NCBI GenBank assembly: GCA_965237675.1
Contig: OZ250150.1
Location: 4,352,001 to 4,416,000, forward strand
Reading direction: 5' to 3'
Source of the DNA: Candidatus Latescibacterota bacterium
Lineage (GTDB): Bacteria > Latescibacterota > UBA2968 > GCA-2709665
Length of the DNA stretch: 64,000 nucleotides
A program made the translations under genes and the position numbers. The notes beneath the pieces were generated by a model. The model searched no databases. It saw nothing but the letters and a program-made list of their open reading frames with translations, and was not told the origin of the DNA. Positions 1 through 10,324 of this stretch are shown piece after piece (the stretch's first letter is position 1; each line of letters opens with the position of its first letter).

Positions 1-456
1 CCGCCGTTGAGAGATCGGAAGGACGACATATCCATGCTCGCGGAGCATTTTCTGAAGGGGTACGCCGAAGAGAACGACTTCCGCCCGAAAAACCTCACCC
101 CCAACGCGATGGAGGCTCTGAAAAACTACGGTTGGCCGGGCAACATCAGGGAACTCAAGAACCTGATCGAGCGCCTCTCAATCATGGTCAACGAAGATAC
201 GGTCGATGTCCATCACCTGCCCGGACTGGACGGTCCCCAACTCGCCCGGGCCGGGGAGACCCCGGTCACCGTTAACCCACTGCCCGGAATCGAGTCCGGG
301 AAGAGCCTTCATGAAGTCCGTGAAGCCGTGGAGAAGGCCTACATTTCGGATGCGTTGAAAGACAACGCCTGGAACGTCACGAGGGCCGCCGGATTGCTGG
401 GCGTTGACCGCACAAACCTCCACAAGAAAATCAAATACTACAATATCGAGCGCTGA
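1..456 (+). CDS. Sigma-54-dependent (NtrC/NtrX-like) response regulator, C-terminal part (5' truncated by window)
   Basis: PPLRDRKDDI, WPGNIRELKNLIER AAA+ lid motifs and Fis-type HTH (WNVTRAAGLLGVDRTNLHKKI). Confidence 0.9.
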   Translation, partial: PPLRDRKDDISMLAEHFLKGYAEENDFRPKNLTPNAMEALKNYGWPGNIRELKNLIERLSIMVNEDTVDVHHLPGLDGPQLARAGETPVTVNPLPGIESGKSLHEVREAVEKAYISDALKDNAWNVTRAAGLLGVDRTNLHKKIKYYNIER

Positions 457-516
457 CGGGGCACGCTGGTCGCGCTTCCGCGTCACGATGAGGCGGTCAA
501 CGTCCAGAGACATCGT

Positions 517-1653
517 TTGAAAGCAGCGATCCTCATTCTTCTCCCGATTCTTGCCTGTGTCCGGGATGCCCGCGCGCAACCGGACAACGTTTCGTGGTTG
601 GAGAAGTTCTACCGAGGCGCCCGCCTCCGATACAATCGCGTCGAGGGGGTCTTCCTGGGGTATCGTCTTTCCGTCAGCCGCAAAGATTGGCCGCGACTCA
701 GGGTATTCACGGAAAGTGGATACGGCTTTGCCAGCGGCTCCCCCAGGTGGGAAGCCGGCGTGGAATACGGGGGCCCAGGAGCCAGACTGACCTTCGCTGC
801 TTTTGACAGAACCGATAACCATGACCCGGAAATTGTGGGAACCACCGAAAACAGCTTGTTCAGCGTGCTTTTCAAATGGGACCAACGTGACTACTTCCGG
901 GCAAAAAACGGTTTTGAAACGACGGCCTCCCTAAGGTCTCTACGACCGCTGTTCCTTCTGGTCGGCTTTACCGCGTACAGATGCGAACCCATGCCGATCA
1001 GGACCGGCTGGAGTCTGTTCTACCACAGCCGCCCCTTCCGGTTCAACCCGCGTGCCCGGCCAGGCGACGTCGGTGTGTTGCACGCGAGCATTGTGCTGGA
1101 CACACGCGTCAAGAGCCCGCTCTTCCGGAATGCCTGGTACGGCAGAATTTTCTACGAACGCGGCCTTCGGGACTTCGTCTTCAACGGCCTCACCCTTGAG
1201 GCCAAACGCTATCAGAAGGTCATGTTCGGCAGACAGGCTCTGATTGTCCGGGCCCGGCTGAGCACCCGTGAAAGCACGGCGCCGCAGTTCCTGTTCGGCC
1301 TGGGCGGCGTCGGCACTCTCCGCGGATACGATATCAAGGAATTCCGAGCCAACCGACTGGTATTTTTCAACTTCGAATACGCCTTCCAAGGCGACCTCCT
1401 TCCGCGAATCCCCGCCAGAGGTTTCCCTCTGCTCAACCTCACCATCTTCGTGGACACCGGATGGACCAGACTGGTGCCGGAATCCGCCCACCTGTTCGAA
1501 GGATTCGGAGACCTGGGCTTCACGGCCTTCAGGACGAGTACAGGCCTGGGCATCGCACTTCCCCGGCAACTGCTTCGACTGGACATCGCCCGGCGGCTGG
1601 ACAGGGCCGATGCCTCCTGGACCCTTTCCGTCCGGCTCAAATTCGATCTCTGA
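517..1653 (+). CDS. Omp85/BamA-TamA-like outer-membrane beta-barrel protein without obvious POTRA domains
   Basis: Signal peptide, YNRVEG motif, amphipathic beta strands, GGVGTLRGY loop-6 motif, C-terminal beta signal. Confidence 0.65.
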   Translation: MKAAILILLPILACVRDARAQPDNVSWLEKFYRGARLRYNRVEGVFLGYRLSVSRKDWPRLRVFTESGYGFASGSPRWEAGVEYGGPGARLTFAAFDRTDNHDPEIVGTTENSLFSVLFKWDQRDYFRAKNGFETTASLRSLRPLFLLVGFTAYRCEPMPIRTGWSLFYHSRPFRFNPRARPGDVGVLHASIVLDTRVKSPLFRNAWYGRIFYERGLRDFVFNGLTLEAKRYQKVMFGRQALIVRARLSTRESTAPQFLFGLGGVGTLRGYDIKEFRANRLVFFNFEYAFQGDLLPRIPARGFPLLNLTIFVDTGWTRLVPESAHLFEGFGDLGFTAFRTSTGLGIALPRQLLRLDIARRLDRADASWTLSVRLKFDL

Positions 1654-1687
1654 TTCGAGGCCTTCCGCGCTGCCGCAGCGGAAAATG

Positions 1688-1723
1688 GAAAGGCCCCGGG
1701 GATATCCCTCTCCGGGGCTTGTC
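1688..1723. terminator. Hairpin between convergent genes (putative terminator)
   Basis: AAGGCCCCGGGG...CTCCGGGGCTT inverted repeat. Confidence 0.45.
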
Positions 1724-1837
1724 AAATCGCCGACCTGGGACCGCCGTTCGGCGGTCGAAAAACTGTCGTGTGCGGTTCTCAGGTTTGACAACCGTACGCT
1801 CGAGGAAGAAATGCCGAGCGGCGGCGAATCGGTCGGT

Positions 1838-3088
1838 CTACGTGCCTTCTTGCCAGGAACCGAGATACCTCTCCTGTTCGGAGGTCAATGAATCAATCTG
1901 TACGTCCATCGCCTCCAGTTGCAACCGGGCAACCTCCAGGTCGATCTCGTCGGGCAACCGGTAGACCCTCGGCTCCAGTGTATCGGCGTTCTTGATGCCG
2001 TACTCCACCCCGAGGGCCTGATCACAGAATGACAGTGACATGACGGTGGAAGGATGTCCCTCCGCACAGGCCAGGTTCACGAGACGGCCCTCGCCACACA
2101 GGAACAGCGAGCGATCGTTCAGGGTATATTCGTGAAACAGAGGTCGTACTTCCTCCTTCTTGTCGGCCATCGCCTCGAGCGCGTCCACGTCGATCTCCAG
2201 ATCGAAATGGCCGGCATTGGCCATCACCGCGCCGTCCTTCATAACGTTCATGTGTTCCGCGCTGATGACGTGCTTGTTACCGGTCACCGTCACGAACAGA
2301 TCGCCGATTTCGGCCGCCAACGCCATCCGGACCACCCGGAACCCGTCCATCCGCGCCTGCAGCGCACGAAAGGGATCCACCTCCGTGACGATAACTTCCG
2401 CTCCCAATCCCCGCGCCCGTGAAGCCACGCCCTTGCCGCAGCTGCCATAGCCCACAATCACGACCGCTATTCCGCAGATCAACAGGTTGGACGCCCGAAC
2501 AACGCCGTCCAGCGCGGACTGACCCGTTCCATAGTAATTGTCCATCAGGTGTTTGGTATCGCAATCGTTGACGGCAATGATGGGATATTTCAGCGCATTG
2601 TCCTTCTCCATCGCACGCAGGCGGATGATCCCCGTTGTGGTCTCTTCACAACCGCAGACAATCTCCGGAATCTGGTCCGCGTAACTCGTGTGCACCTCGT
2701 TCACCAGGTCACAGCCGTCGTCGATGGTCACGTGCGGCCGGGTCTCTATAACCGTGCGGAGATACCGGTAATAATCCTCACGTGTCTCTCCCTTGTAGGC
2801 ATAAACCGCGACGTCCTCGGAAGCAAGCGCCGCGGCCACGTCGTCCTGCGTGGAAAGCGGATTGCAGCCGGTAATCGACACGGTGGCTCCGCCGGCCCGC
2901 AGCGTCCGCACCAGCACCGCCGTCTCTTTGGTGACGTGAAGCGCCATGCCGATCCGGTATCCCCTGAGCGGCTTTTCCTTCTCAAAACGTTCCCGTACTT
3001 TCAATAGGGCGCCCATCTGCTTCTCGGCCCACTCGATATTCCTGAATCCCTGTTCCGCCAGACCGATATCCTTAACCTCGTAACCCAC
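1838..3088 (-). CDS. ahcY: Adenosylhomocysteinase (short, archaeal-like type)
   Basis: GCNPLSTQD, EETTTG, GYGSCGKG, GRLVNLACAEGHP motifs. Confidence 0.97.
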   Translation of the reverse strand: MGYEVKDIGLAEQGFRNIEWAEKQMGALLKVRERFEKEKPLRGYRIGMALHVTKETAVLVRTLRAGGATVSITGCNPLSTQDDVAAALASEDVAVYAYKGETREDYYRYLRTVIETRPHVTIDDGCDLVNEVHTSYADQIPEIVCGCEETTTGIIRLRAMEKDNALKYPIIAVNDCDTKHLMDNYYGTGQSALDGVVRASNLLICGIAVVIVGYGSCGKGVASRARGLGAEVIVTEVDPFRALQARMDGFRVVRMALAAEIGDLFVTVTGNKHVISAEHMNVMKDGAVMANAGHFDLEIDVDALEAMADKKEEVRPLFHEYTLNDRSLFLCGEGRLVNLACAEGHPSTVMSLSFCDQALGVEYGIKNADTLEPRVYRLPDEIDLEVARLQLEAMDVQIDSLTSEQERYLGSWQEGT

Positions 3089-3115
3089 GTCTGTCTCCTC
3101 TCCATCCGCCGATGG

Positions 3116-4282
3116 TTACGCCAGCTTCCTCGCGGCCTCCTGAAGGGCATCCGCCTTGTCCGTACGTTCCCAGGTAAACCCATCCCCCTTCCGCCCGAAA
3201 TGTCCGTAGACGGCGGTGGATTCATACACCGGGCGCAACAGATTCAGCGTCTGGATAATGCCGGACGGACGCAACTCGAAATGCGTGCGTATCAACGCCG
3301 CGATATCCGCATCGCTGATCTTGCCCGTACCGAACGTATCCACGACGATCGACACCGGCTCGGCCACCCCGATGGTATAAGCCAACTGCACTTCGCACCG
3401 GTTCGCAAGCCTGGCTTTCACAACGTTCTTCGCGACGTACCGGGCAGCATAGTGCGCGCTCCGGTCGACTTTGCTGGGATCCTTTCCCGAAAACGCCCCG
3501 CCGCCATGTCGCCCCATGCCGCCGTACGTATCCACAATTATCTTGCGGCCCGTCAACCCCGTGTCTCCGTGGGGCCCACCGACCACAAAACGCCCCGTGG
3601 GATTGATGTGATAGACCGTTTCCTTGTCGAGATACCGCGCCGGGATGACCTTTTTCACAACATGCTGAATCATATCGCGGGAGATGCGGCTGTGTCGTAC
3701 GTCGGGGTCGTGCTGCGTTGAAATCACGACCGTATGCACGCGCACCGGTTCGTCGTCGTCATACTCCACCGTCACCTGCGACTTGCTATCGGGCCGCAGG
3801 TAGGGAAGCGTCCCGCCTCGACGGAGCCTCGCCAGGGCCATCACCAGCTGATGGGACAGCATAATGGGCATCGGCATCAACTCCGGCGTCTCCCGGCAGG
3901 CGTAGCCGAACATCATGCCCTGGTCGCCTGCGCCCTGCTCCTGGTGCAGACCCTCGCCCTCGGTGACTCCCTGGGAGATGTCGGACGACTGTGTATGCAG
4001 CGCAAGAAGCACGCCGCAGGAACGGTAGTCGAATCCATACTCCGAGTCCGTGTAACCGATGCGCCGAATGACATTTCGCACCAATTCCTGAATATCCACC
4101 TGCGCCCGTGTGGTTACCTCGCCCGAGACAATTACCTGCCCCGTAGTCACCATCGTTTCGCACGCGACCCGCGATCGGCGATCCTGGGCCAGCATCGCAT
4201 CCAGGACCGCATCGGAAATCTGATCGCAGATCTTGTCCGGATGCCCTTCGGACACCGACTCTGAGGTAAATAGGCGCCGCAT
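3116..4282 (-). CDS. metK: S-adenosylmethionine synthetase
   Basis: [35 protein letters not shown] motifs. Confidence 0.98.
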   Translation of the reverse strand: MRRLFTSESVSEGHPDKICDQISDAVLDAMLAQDRRSRVACETMVTTGQVIVSGEVTTRAQVDIQELVRNVIRRIGYTDSEYGFDYRSCGVLLALHTQSSDISQGVTEGEGLHQEQGAGDQGMMFGYACRETPELMPMPIMLSHQLVMALARLRRGGTLPYLRPDSKSQVTVEYDDDEPVRVHTVVISTQHDPDVRHSRISRDMIQHVVKKVIPARYLDKETVYHINPTGRFVVGGPHGDTGLTGRKIIVDTYGGMGRHGGGAFSGKDPSKVDRSAHYAARYVAKNVVKARLANRCEVQLAYTIGVAEPVSIVVDTFGTGKISDADIAALIRTHFELRPSGIIQTLNLLRPVYESTAVYGHFGRKGDGFTWERTDKADALQEAARKLA

Positions 4283-4406
4283 GAATGCCTCGTTTCATGT
4301 CGTGGGAGTACTGAAATGCCTCGGGCCGGTTTCCGTACCGACGCCCACGGAAACAACCGTTCAGCAACCGGATGTCGCGTCACCCGGCCTCAAGGTAAGA
4401 TACGCC

Positions 4407-6188
4407 TTATCTCTCGATTCCGGCCGGCTCTTTCTCGAATCTGCTCTGTCTCGTCCGCGGGCCCCGCATTTTGGACAACGCGGCGTGGAGATACTTCCGA
4501 ATGGCGCCCCGGGTGGGCAGCACGAGCGCCTCCTCCGCCAGGGCCCTTGCCTCCTCCATCGTAACCGACCGAATCGTCTGTTTGATCTCGGGAAGCATAC
4601 GCGGACCGATGCTGAACCCATCCACCCCCAAGCCCATCAACAGGACACTACTGTGCGGGTCGCCGGCCATTTCTCCACATACCGTGACCGGGATGCCGTG
4701 CCGGTGGCCGGCGTCGACCACCGATTTAATCAAACGCAACACGGCCGGATGAAACGGATCGTACAGATAAGCCACCCGCTCGTTGCTCCGATCCACCGCA
4801 AGGGTATACTGAACAAGATCGTTGGTGCCGATGCTGAAAAAACTCACCTCGCCCGCCAACTGGTCGGCAACAACGGCTGCCGAGGGCACCTCGATCACCG
4901 CGCCCACCTCGCACTCGTCGTCAAACGGCACGCCGTCCCGCTTCAGTTCGTCGCGGGCCTCGGCCAGCACCGCCTTGGCCTCCAGCAATTCCTCCACGCC
5001 CGAAATCATCGGAAACATCAGCTTCACGTTGCCGAGGACGCTGGATCGGAGAATGGATCGCAACTGAACCCGGAACAGATCCCGGTTTGCCAATGAATGG
5101 CGGATGGCGCGCCAGCCCAGAAACGGATTGGTTTCCTCGGCGGAATGAAAAGCCTGCGTCAGCTTATCGCCGCCCAGATCCAGGGTTCGCACCACGAGCG
5201 GATGGGGCGACATCTGTTCGGCAAGCCGTGTGTACGCGCCCGTCTGCTCGTCTTCATCGGGCAGTCGGGATCCCGCGAGGTAGAGGTATTCGGTACGATA
5301 CAGACCGATGCCTTCAGCGCCGTATGCCAGCGCGGATCGACCCTCTTCCGGCAGTTCGATGTTGCCCTGCAGAAACACGCGAACGCCATCGAGGGTTTCG
5401 GCGGGCACGTCGGTGAACTTCAACAGGCCTTTTTGTATCTCCGCGAACCGGCGGGCTTCGGCGCGGTACCGGCTCAGTGTTTCGGGATCGGGCCGGATAC
5501 AGATCAGCCCTCGATTCCCATCCACAATGGCCGTATCGCCCGGCTCGGCCGAGCCCAGGGCCGCTTCGACACCCACGACCGCCGGAATCTCGAGCCCCCG
5601 TGCGATAATCGAGGCATGCGAGGTGGCCGCGCCCGCTTCGGTGACCATACCCAACACGCTGTCCCGTTTCAGACGGGCCGCATTGGTGGGAGTCAACTCG
5701 TGTGCAATTACAATCGCCGGGGCGGTCATCCGGTCCAGCAACGAATCTTCCCGCCTTCGCAATCCGGCCAGCACCCGCGTCTCGATGTCCAGAATATCCG
5801 CTCGCCTCGCCCTGAAGTACTCGTCCGGAATTGCATCGAATTGCCGGCGCACTTTCTGAAGGGTCAGCCAGAACGCATACTCGACATTCACCAGATCCTC
5901 CCGAATGGAAGCCATGGTCGGCTCTCTCAGGGCCGGGTCATCCAGAATCATCAAATGCGCGTCGAATATCTGGGCGTGATCATGGCCCAACTTCTCCTCA
6001 ACCTGAACCCGCGTGGTCTTCAGATCTTCCGCTACGGAGGCCAGCACATCGAGAAATCGCCGCACCTCTCCCTCGACCTCATCTTCCGAGATACGCCGGT
6101 AGTCCACCCACGGCTCCTCCGGATCGTGAAGATAGACCGGGCCGATGGCAATACCGCTCGATGCCTGGATGCCTTTCAATACCTTCAT
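4407..6188 (-). CDS. ptsI: PTS enzyme I (PEP-protein phosphotransferase)
   Basis: Start MKVLKGIQASSGIAIG; TSHASIIAR phospho-His, GIGLYRTE, NPFLGWRAIR, SIGTNDL, CGEMAGD. Confidence 0.96.
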   Translation of the reverse strand: MKVLKGIQASSGIAIGPVYLHDPEEPWVDYRRISEDEVEGEVRRFLDVLASVAEDLKTTRVQVEEKLGHDHAQIFDAHLMILDDPALREPTMASIREDLVNVEYAFWLTLQKVRRQFDAIPDEYFRARRADILDIETRVLAGLRRREDSLLDRMTAPAIVIAHELTPTNAARLKRDSVLGMVTEAGAATSHASIIARGLEIPAVVGVEAALGSAEPGDTAIVDGNRGLICIRPDPETLSRYRAEARRFAEIQKGLLKFTDVPAETLDGVRVFLQGNIELPEEGRSALAYGAEGIGLYRTEYLYLAGSRLPDEDEQTGAYTRLAEQMSPHPLVVRTLDLGGDKLTQAFHSAEETNPFLGWRAIRHSLANRDLFRVQLRSILRSSVLGNVKLMFPMISGVEELLEAKAVLAEARDELKRDGVPFDDECEVGAVIEVPSAAVVADQLAGEVSFFSIGTNDLVQYTLAVDRSNERVAYLYDPFHPAVLRLIKSVVDAGHRHGIPVTVCGEMAGDPHSSVLLMGLGVDGFSIGPRMLPEIKQTIRSVTMEEARALAEEALVLPTRGAIRKYLHAALSKMRGPRTRQSRFEKEPAGIER

Positions 6189-6344
6189 CGGCTTGAAACC
6201 TCGATAGCGAGAAACATCAGTCGCGAACCCCTCGACCCGATGGTCTTCGGGAGGTGGGGGTCGGTTGGCTCGAAACGGAGCACCCGGAACTCGAACGGGA
6301 AAGCCGGCATGGAAATGGGCGCCGAGAATCACCGGTACGACGCC

Positions 6345-6605
6345 CTAATCGAACTTGCGTTCGATCATCCCAACGATTTCATCCAGCGCTTCCTCTTCAT
6401 CCGGACCCGCGGCCCGCACGCGGATTTTCGCATCCGTCTCCGCGGCCAGCATCATCACGCCCATGATACTCTTGCCGTTGACTTCGAGCCCCTCTTTGAT
6501 CAGGGTAATCTCCGATGCAAACTTTGCGGCCACCTGCACAAGAAGGGCCGACGGCCGCGCATGGATACCCAACCTGTTTTTCACCGTGGCTTCTCGTTCC
6601 GCCAT
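6345..6605 (-). CDS. ptsH: Phosphocarrier protein HPr
   Basis: GIHARPS (His15) and NGKSIMGVMML (Ser46). Confidence 0.97.
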   Translation of the reverse strand: MAEREATVKNRLGIHARPSALLVQVAAKFASEITLIKEGLEVNGKSIMGVMMLAAETDAKIRVRAAGPDEEEALDEIVGMIERKFD

Positions 6606-6647
6606 ATCCTGTTCGTACCGTTATGATAGCCCATATTGGAAGCTTAC

Positions 6648-6676
6648 AATCTATCTAAATCCAGACATCATGTCAA
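6648..6676 (-). promoter_or_regulatory. Sigma70-type promoter for ptsH-ptsI(-metK-ahcY)
   Basis: TTGACA-N17-TAGATT on minus strand. Confidence 0.6.
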
Positions 6677-6803
6677 GCGCCGCCGGGCACGTCCATAACC
6701 GCTTGTTCCCCCTTCACATGCTCGTGTCCACCGTCCTCCCAAAAAAAACCCGCCAACTTCATTCCTGGCGGATACCCGTCATTTCACCCCGATCGGACGA
6801 ACC

Positions 6804-7550
6804 CTAAACCCCGTGAACGGCACTGGCAAACTCCCGTACCAGGGCGGGGTCCCGTTTGGCTTCGAGAATACTGCCCACCACCACATAGTCGGCGCCCGCT
6901 TGTACCTTCGCCCCGGCATCCTGGGGTCTCCGGATGCCGCCCCCCACAATCACCGGAATGGTGATATTTTCCGCGACGGCGGCGATCATTTCGTCGGACA
7001 CCGCCTGGTCGGCGCCACTTCCCGCATCCAGATAGACGCATTGCATGCCCAGGTACTGGGCGGCCAGCGCGTGCGCCGTTGCGATTTCCGGTTTGTCTCT
7101 GGGCATCGGTTTGGTATTGCTGATGTATTCCACGGTCGTCTGCCGCCCGGAATCCACCAGCATATACCCCGTTGAAATCGCCTCCAGACCGAATGCCTTG
7201 ACGATGGGCGCCGCTTTCACCTGCTGCCCGATCAGCAGGTCTGGATTTCGCCCGCTGATCATGGACAGAAAGAGAATGGCATCCGCGGCAGACGAAACCT
7301 GGTTGATATCCGGCCCGGGAAAAATCAGCACGGGAATCCCCACGGCCCGTTTGACCTCCCGGACGACCCGGTCAAAATCGGTATAGAGCAGAAGACTGCC
7401 CCCCAGCAACAGCGCGTCGGCCCCGCTTTCGGCACACATCGCTGCCGTATGGACCAGGTCCTGTTTGTCCATGCGATCGGGATCCAGAAGACACCAGAAT
7501 CCCGCGCCCCGCTGTCTGAGAACCGCTTTGAGGTGGTCGTACGTCGACAT
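6804..7550 (-). CDS. Geranylgeranylglyceryl/heptaprenylglyceryl phosphate synthase (group II GGGPS, PcrB family)
   Basis: LLDPD, LGGS, IFPG, SMISGRNP..LIGQQV, GYML, YLDAGSGA, VGGGIR motifs. Confidence 0.92.
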   Translation of the reverse strand: MSTYDHLKAVLRQRGAGFWCLLDPDRMDKQDLVHTAAMCAESGADALLLGGSLLLYTDFDRVVREVKRAVGIPVLIFPGPDINQVSSAADAILFLSMISGRNPDLLIGQQVKAAPIVKAFGLEAISTGYMLVDSGRQTTVEYISNTKPMPRDKPEIATAHALAAQYLGMQCVYLDAGSGADQAVSDEMIAAVAENITIPVIVGGGIRRPQDAGAKVQAGADYVVVGSILEAKRDPALVREFASAVHGV

Positions 7551-7559
7551 AAATACGCT

Positions 7560-10181
7560 CTACCTTCCCAGTTGTGCCCGGACGATCTGTGGAACCCGGG
7601 CAAGCGCGTCGGACATCTTCTCCGGATGCCTGCCCCCGGCCTGTGCCAGATGGGGGCGTCCGCCGCCACCGCCGCCCACCAGTTCAGCTACCGCCTTAAC
7701 GATAGTTCCCGCCTGAACGCCCCGTTGGATGAGGTCGTCCGTTACCACTGCGATCAGGGAGGCTTTGCCGTTCATGGCCGCGCCGAGCACACCCACGCCC
7801 GACCCCAGGGCTTCACGGAGCCGGTCGCCCATATCCCGAAACGCCTCCATGTCCGCCGGCTGAACGGCGGTAGCCACCACCCGAACCCCATCCACGGTTA
7901 CGGCGTCGCCGGCCAGATCGCGCATCCGCTCCCCGGCCGATGCGCTCCGCAGCGATTGATTCGTCCGCTCGAGTTCCTTGCTTCGAGAGATCAATCGATC
8001 CACGCGATCGGGCAACACGTCGGCCTCGACGCTCAACATCTCCTCCAGCGTGGAGAGCGTGGACCGCTGCCTTGCGATCAGGGTCTCCACGCCGGCCGCG
8101 GTGACCGCTTCCACCCGCCGCACGCCGGCCGCCGTGCCCGTCTCCGCCGTCAGCTGGAGCATGCCGATCTGACCCGTCGATCCCACGTGCGTGCCGCCAC
8201 AAAGTTCCAGGCTGTAATCGCCCACCCGCACCGTACGCACCAACTCCCCGTATTTTTCGGAGAACAACATCCGGGCACCCATCCGACGCGCCTTCTCCAG
8301 GCCGACGGTATCGATTTCCACGGCGATATCCTGTCGGATCACCCGATTCACGATATGCGCGATCTTTTCCCGCTGGGCGGGTGAAACGGCTTCGAAGTGG
8401 TTGAAGTCGAACCGCAGTCGGTCCGGCGCGACCAGAGACCCGGCCTGGTTCACATGGTCTCCAAGCACCTGCCGGAGGGCCTCGTGGAGCAGATGGGTCG
8501 CCGTATGGTTGCAGGCGATATCCATCCGGCGCACGGGGTCGACCTGCGCCTGCACGCGCGCCGCGTCCAGTGCGTCGGCGCTTCCCCGCGAGAGACGCCC
8601 CCGGTGCACAATGCCCGCGCCCGACCGGAACGTATCCTCGACCTCAACCTCCAGATCCGCATTCCTGATCTGTCCCCTGTCGCCCACCTGCCCGCCGGAT
8701 TCGGCGTAAAACGGCGTCTCTTTCAGATATACGTCCACCCGCCCGTCGGCCGTGGATTTCCATGCCGCGACACGGGTGTCCAACGCCAGACACTCGTACC
8801 CGACAAATACGGAATGTTCGCGCGGAAGGAAATCGTCCGACACCGCCTCCTGGGACGCGAAGACCCGCCGCCCTGCCTCGCGCGAGCGCGCCTGCTGGTC
8901 GGCCATCTCACGTTCAAACCCGTCCAGGTCCACCTCCAGCCCGCGCTCGGCGCCCATCAGCTGGGTGAGATCGATGGGAAATCCGTAGGTGTCATATAGA
9001 CGAAACGCATCCCGGCCAGAGACTTTCCCCTTCCCGGATACGACCTCGAACATTTCCAGCCCCCGGTCGAGCGTCTTCCCAAACCCTTCTTCTTCGGACC
9101 GGATGACCCTGGAAATGTGATCGGCCTGTTCTTCCACCTCGGGGAAGACACCGCCCATGACCCGTGCGACAACAGGCACCAGCCCGTGAATGAACGGATC
9201 GTGCAATCCCAGGGTACGCCCGTAACGCGCCGCGCGCCTCAAGATACGCCGCAGCACATACCCGCGCCCCTCGTTGGATGGCAGTACCCCGTCCGCTATT
9301 GCAAAACAGAGTGTGCGGATATGGTCGGCGATGACCCGCATGGCCACCCGATGTTCATCGTCGTACGGTTTCGCGGCGACCTCGCCGATCGCGGCAAGAA
9401 TGGGCTGGAACAGATCGGTATCGTATGTGGAATCCACCCCCTGGAGCACGGTACAGATGCGCTCGAACCCCATTCCGGTGTCTACGTGTTTATCGGGCAA
9501 CGGATGAAGCGTGCCTTCGGTATCCCGGTTGAACTGGATGAATACCAGGTTCCAGATTTCAACCACATCCGGCCCGTCCAGGTCCGGGGCCTCGCGGAAC
9601 CACGACGCCGGATCGTCTCCCAGGTAGTAATGCACCTCCGAGCAGGGGCCGCACGGCCCGGTTTCGCCCATCTGCCAGAAGTTATCGGCCTTGCCGAGCC
9701 GAAAAACCCGTTCCGCCGGCAAGTCGGTCACCTCCGTCCACAACGCTTCCGCCTCCTCATCCACGGCCAGACCGTCCGCGGCGTCTCCGCCAAACACAGT
9801 GGCGCAAAGTCGATCTTTGGGAAGCTTCCAGACCTCGGTTAGCAACTCCCAGGCCCAGGCGATGGCCTCCCGCTTGAAATAATCTCCGAATGACCAGTTG
9901 CCCAGCATCTCGAAAAACGTATGATGCTGTGAACTGAAACCCACCTCCTCCAGGTCGTTGTGATGCCCCGATACGCGGATGCATTTTTGCGTATCCACCG
10001 CCCTGCTGTAATCGCGCCGGCCCGTACCCAGAAACACGTCTTTGAATTGGTTCATCCCCGCATTGGTAAACAGCAGGGTGGCATCGCCGTGCGGCGCCAC
10101 CGGCGCGCTCGGAACAACCGTATGCCCCTTACGCTCAAAGAACCGCAAATAGTCCGTCCGTATATCGGCCGAAGATTTCAT
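7560..10181 (-). CDS. alaS: Alanyl-tRNA synthetase
   Basis: LLFTNAGMNQFK, HHTFFEMLGNWSFGDYFK, HTATHLLH / ELCGGTH editing site, GGGGG C-terminus. Confidence 0.98.
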   Translation of the reverse strand: MKSSADIRTDYLRFFERKGHTVVPSAPVAPHGDATLLFTNAGMNQFKDVFLGTGRRDYSRAVDTQKCIRVSGHHNDLEEVGFSSQHHTFFEMLGNWSFGDYFKREAIAWAWELLTEVWKLPKDRLCATVFGGDAADGLAVDEEAEALWTEVTDLPAERVFRLGKADNFWQMGETGPCGPCSEVHYYLGDDPASWFREAPDLDGPDVVEIWNLVFIQFNRDTEGTLHPLPDKHVDTGMGFERICTVLQGVDSTYDTDLFQPILAAIGEVAAKPYDDEHRVAMRVIADHIRTLCFAIADGVLPSNEGRGYVLRRILRRAARYGRTLGLHDPFIHGLVPVVARVMGGVFPEVEEQADHISRVIRSEEEGFGKTLDRGLEMFEVVSGKGKVSGRDAFRLYDTYGFPIDLTQLMGAERGLEVDLDGFEREMADQQARSREAGRRVFASQEAVSDDFLPREHSVFVGYECLALDTRVAAWKSTADGRVDVYLKETPFYAESGGQVGDRGQIRNADLEVEVEDTFRSGAGIVHRGRLSRGSADALDAARVQAQVDPVRRMDIACNHTATHLLHEALRQVLGDHVNQAGSLVAPDRLRFDFNHFEAVSPAQREKIAHIVNRVIRQDIAVEIDTVGLEKARRMGARMLFSEKYGELVRTVRVGDYSLELCGGTHVGSTGQIGMLQLTAETGTAAGVRRVEAVTAAGVETLIARQRSTLSTLEEMLSVEADVLPDRVDRLISRSKELERTNQSLRSASAGERMRDLAGDAVTVDGVRVVATAVQPADMEAFRDMGDRLREALGSGVGVLGAAMNGKASLIAVVTDDLIQRGVQAGTIVKAVAELVGGGGGGRPHLAQAGGRHPEKMSDALARVPQIVRAQLGR

Positions 10182-10324
10182 CGTTCGAAATGGCATTGAT
10201 AAAGGCGCACAACAATCGCGGCGGCCGGTTAAGGATCGGGAACCGCGCGCGTTCGATTCAGATGCTGATAGACCGGGACAACGACCGCGCCCTCACACAA
10301 CGGAAGGGCGGCGCACCGGATGTT

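Noticed and set aside
4283-4406. SAM riboswitch upstream of metK
   Set aside because: A hairpin is present, but I could not find SAM-I, SAM-II or SAH consensus motifs.
5097-6626. Long antisense ORFs (e.g. 5097-6626, 44041-45426, 55047-56390, 59291-60562)
   Set aside because: Shadow ORFs from high-GC codon bias opposite or overlapping well-supported genes.
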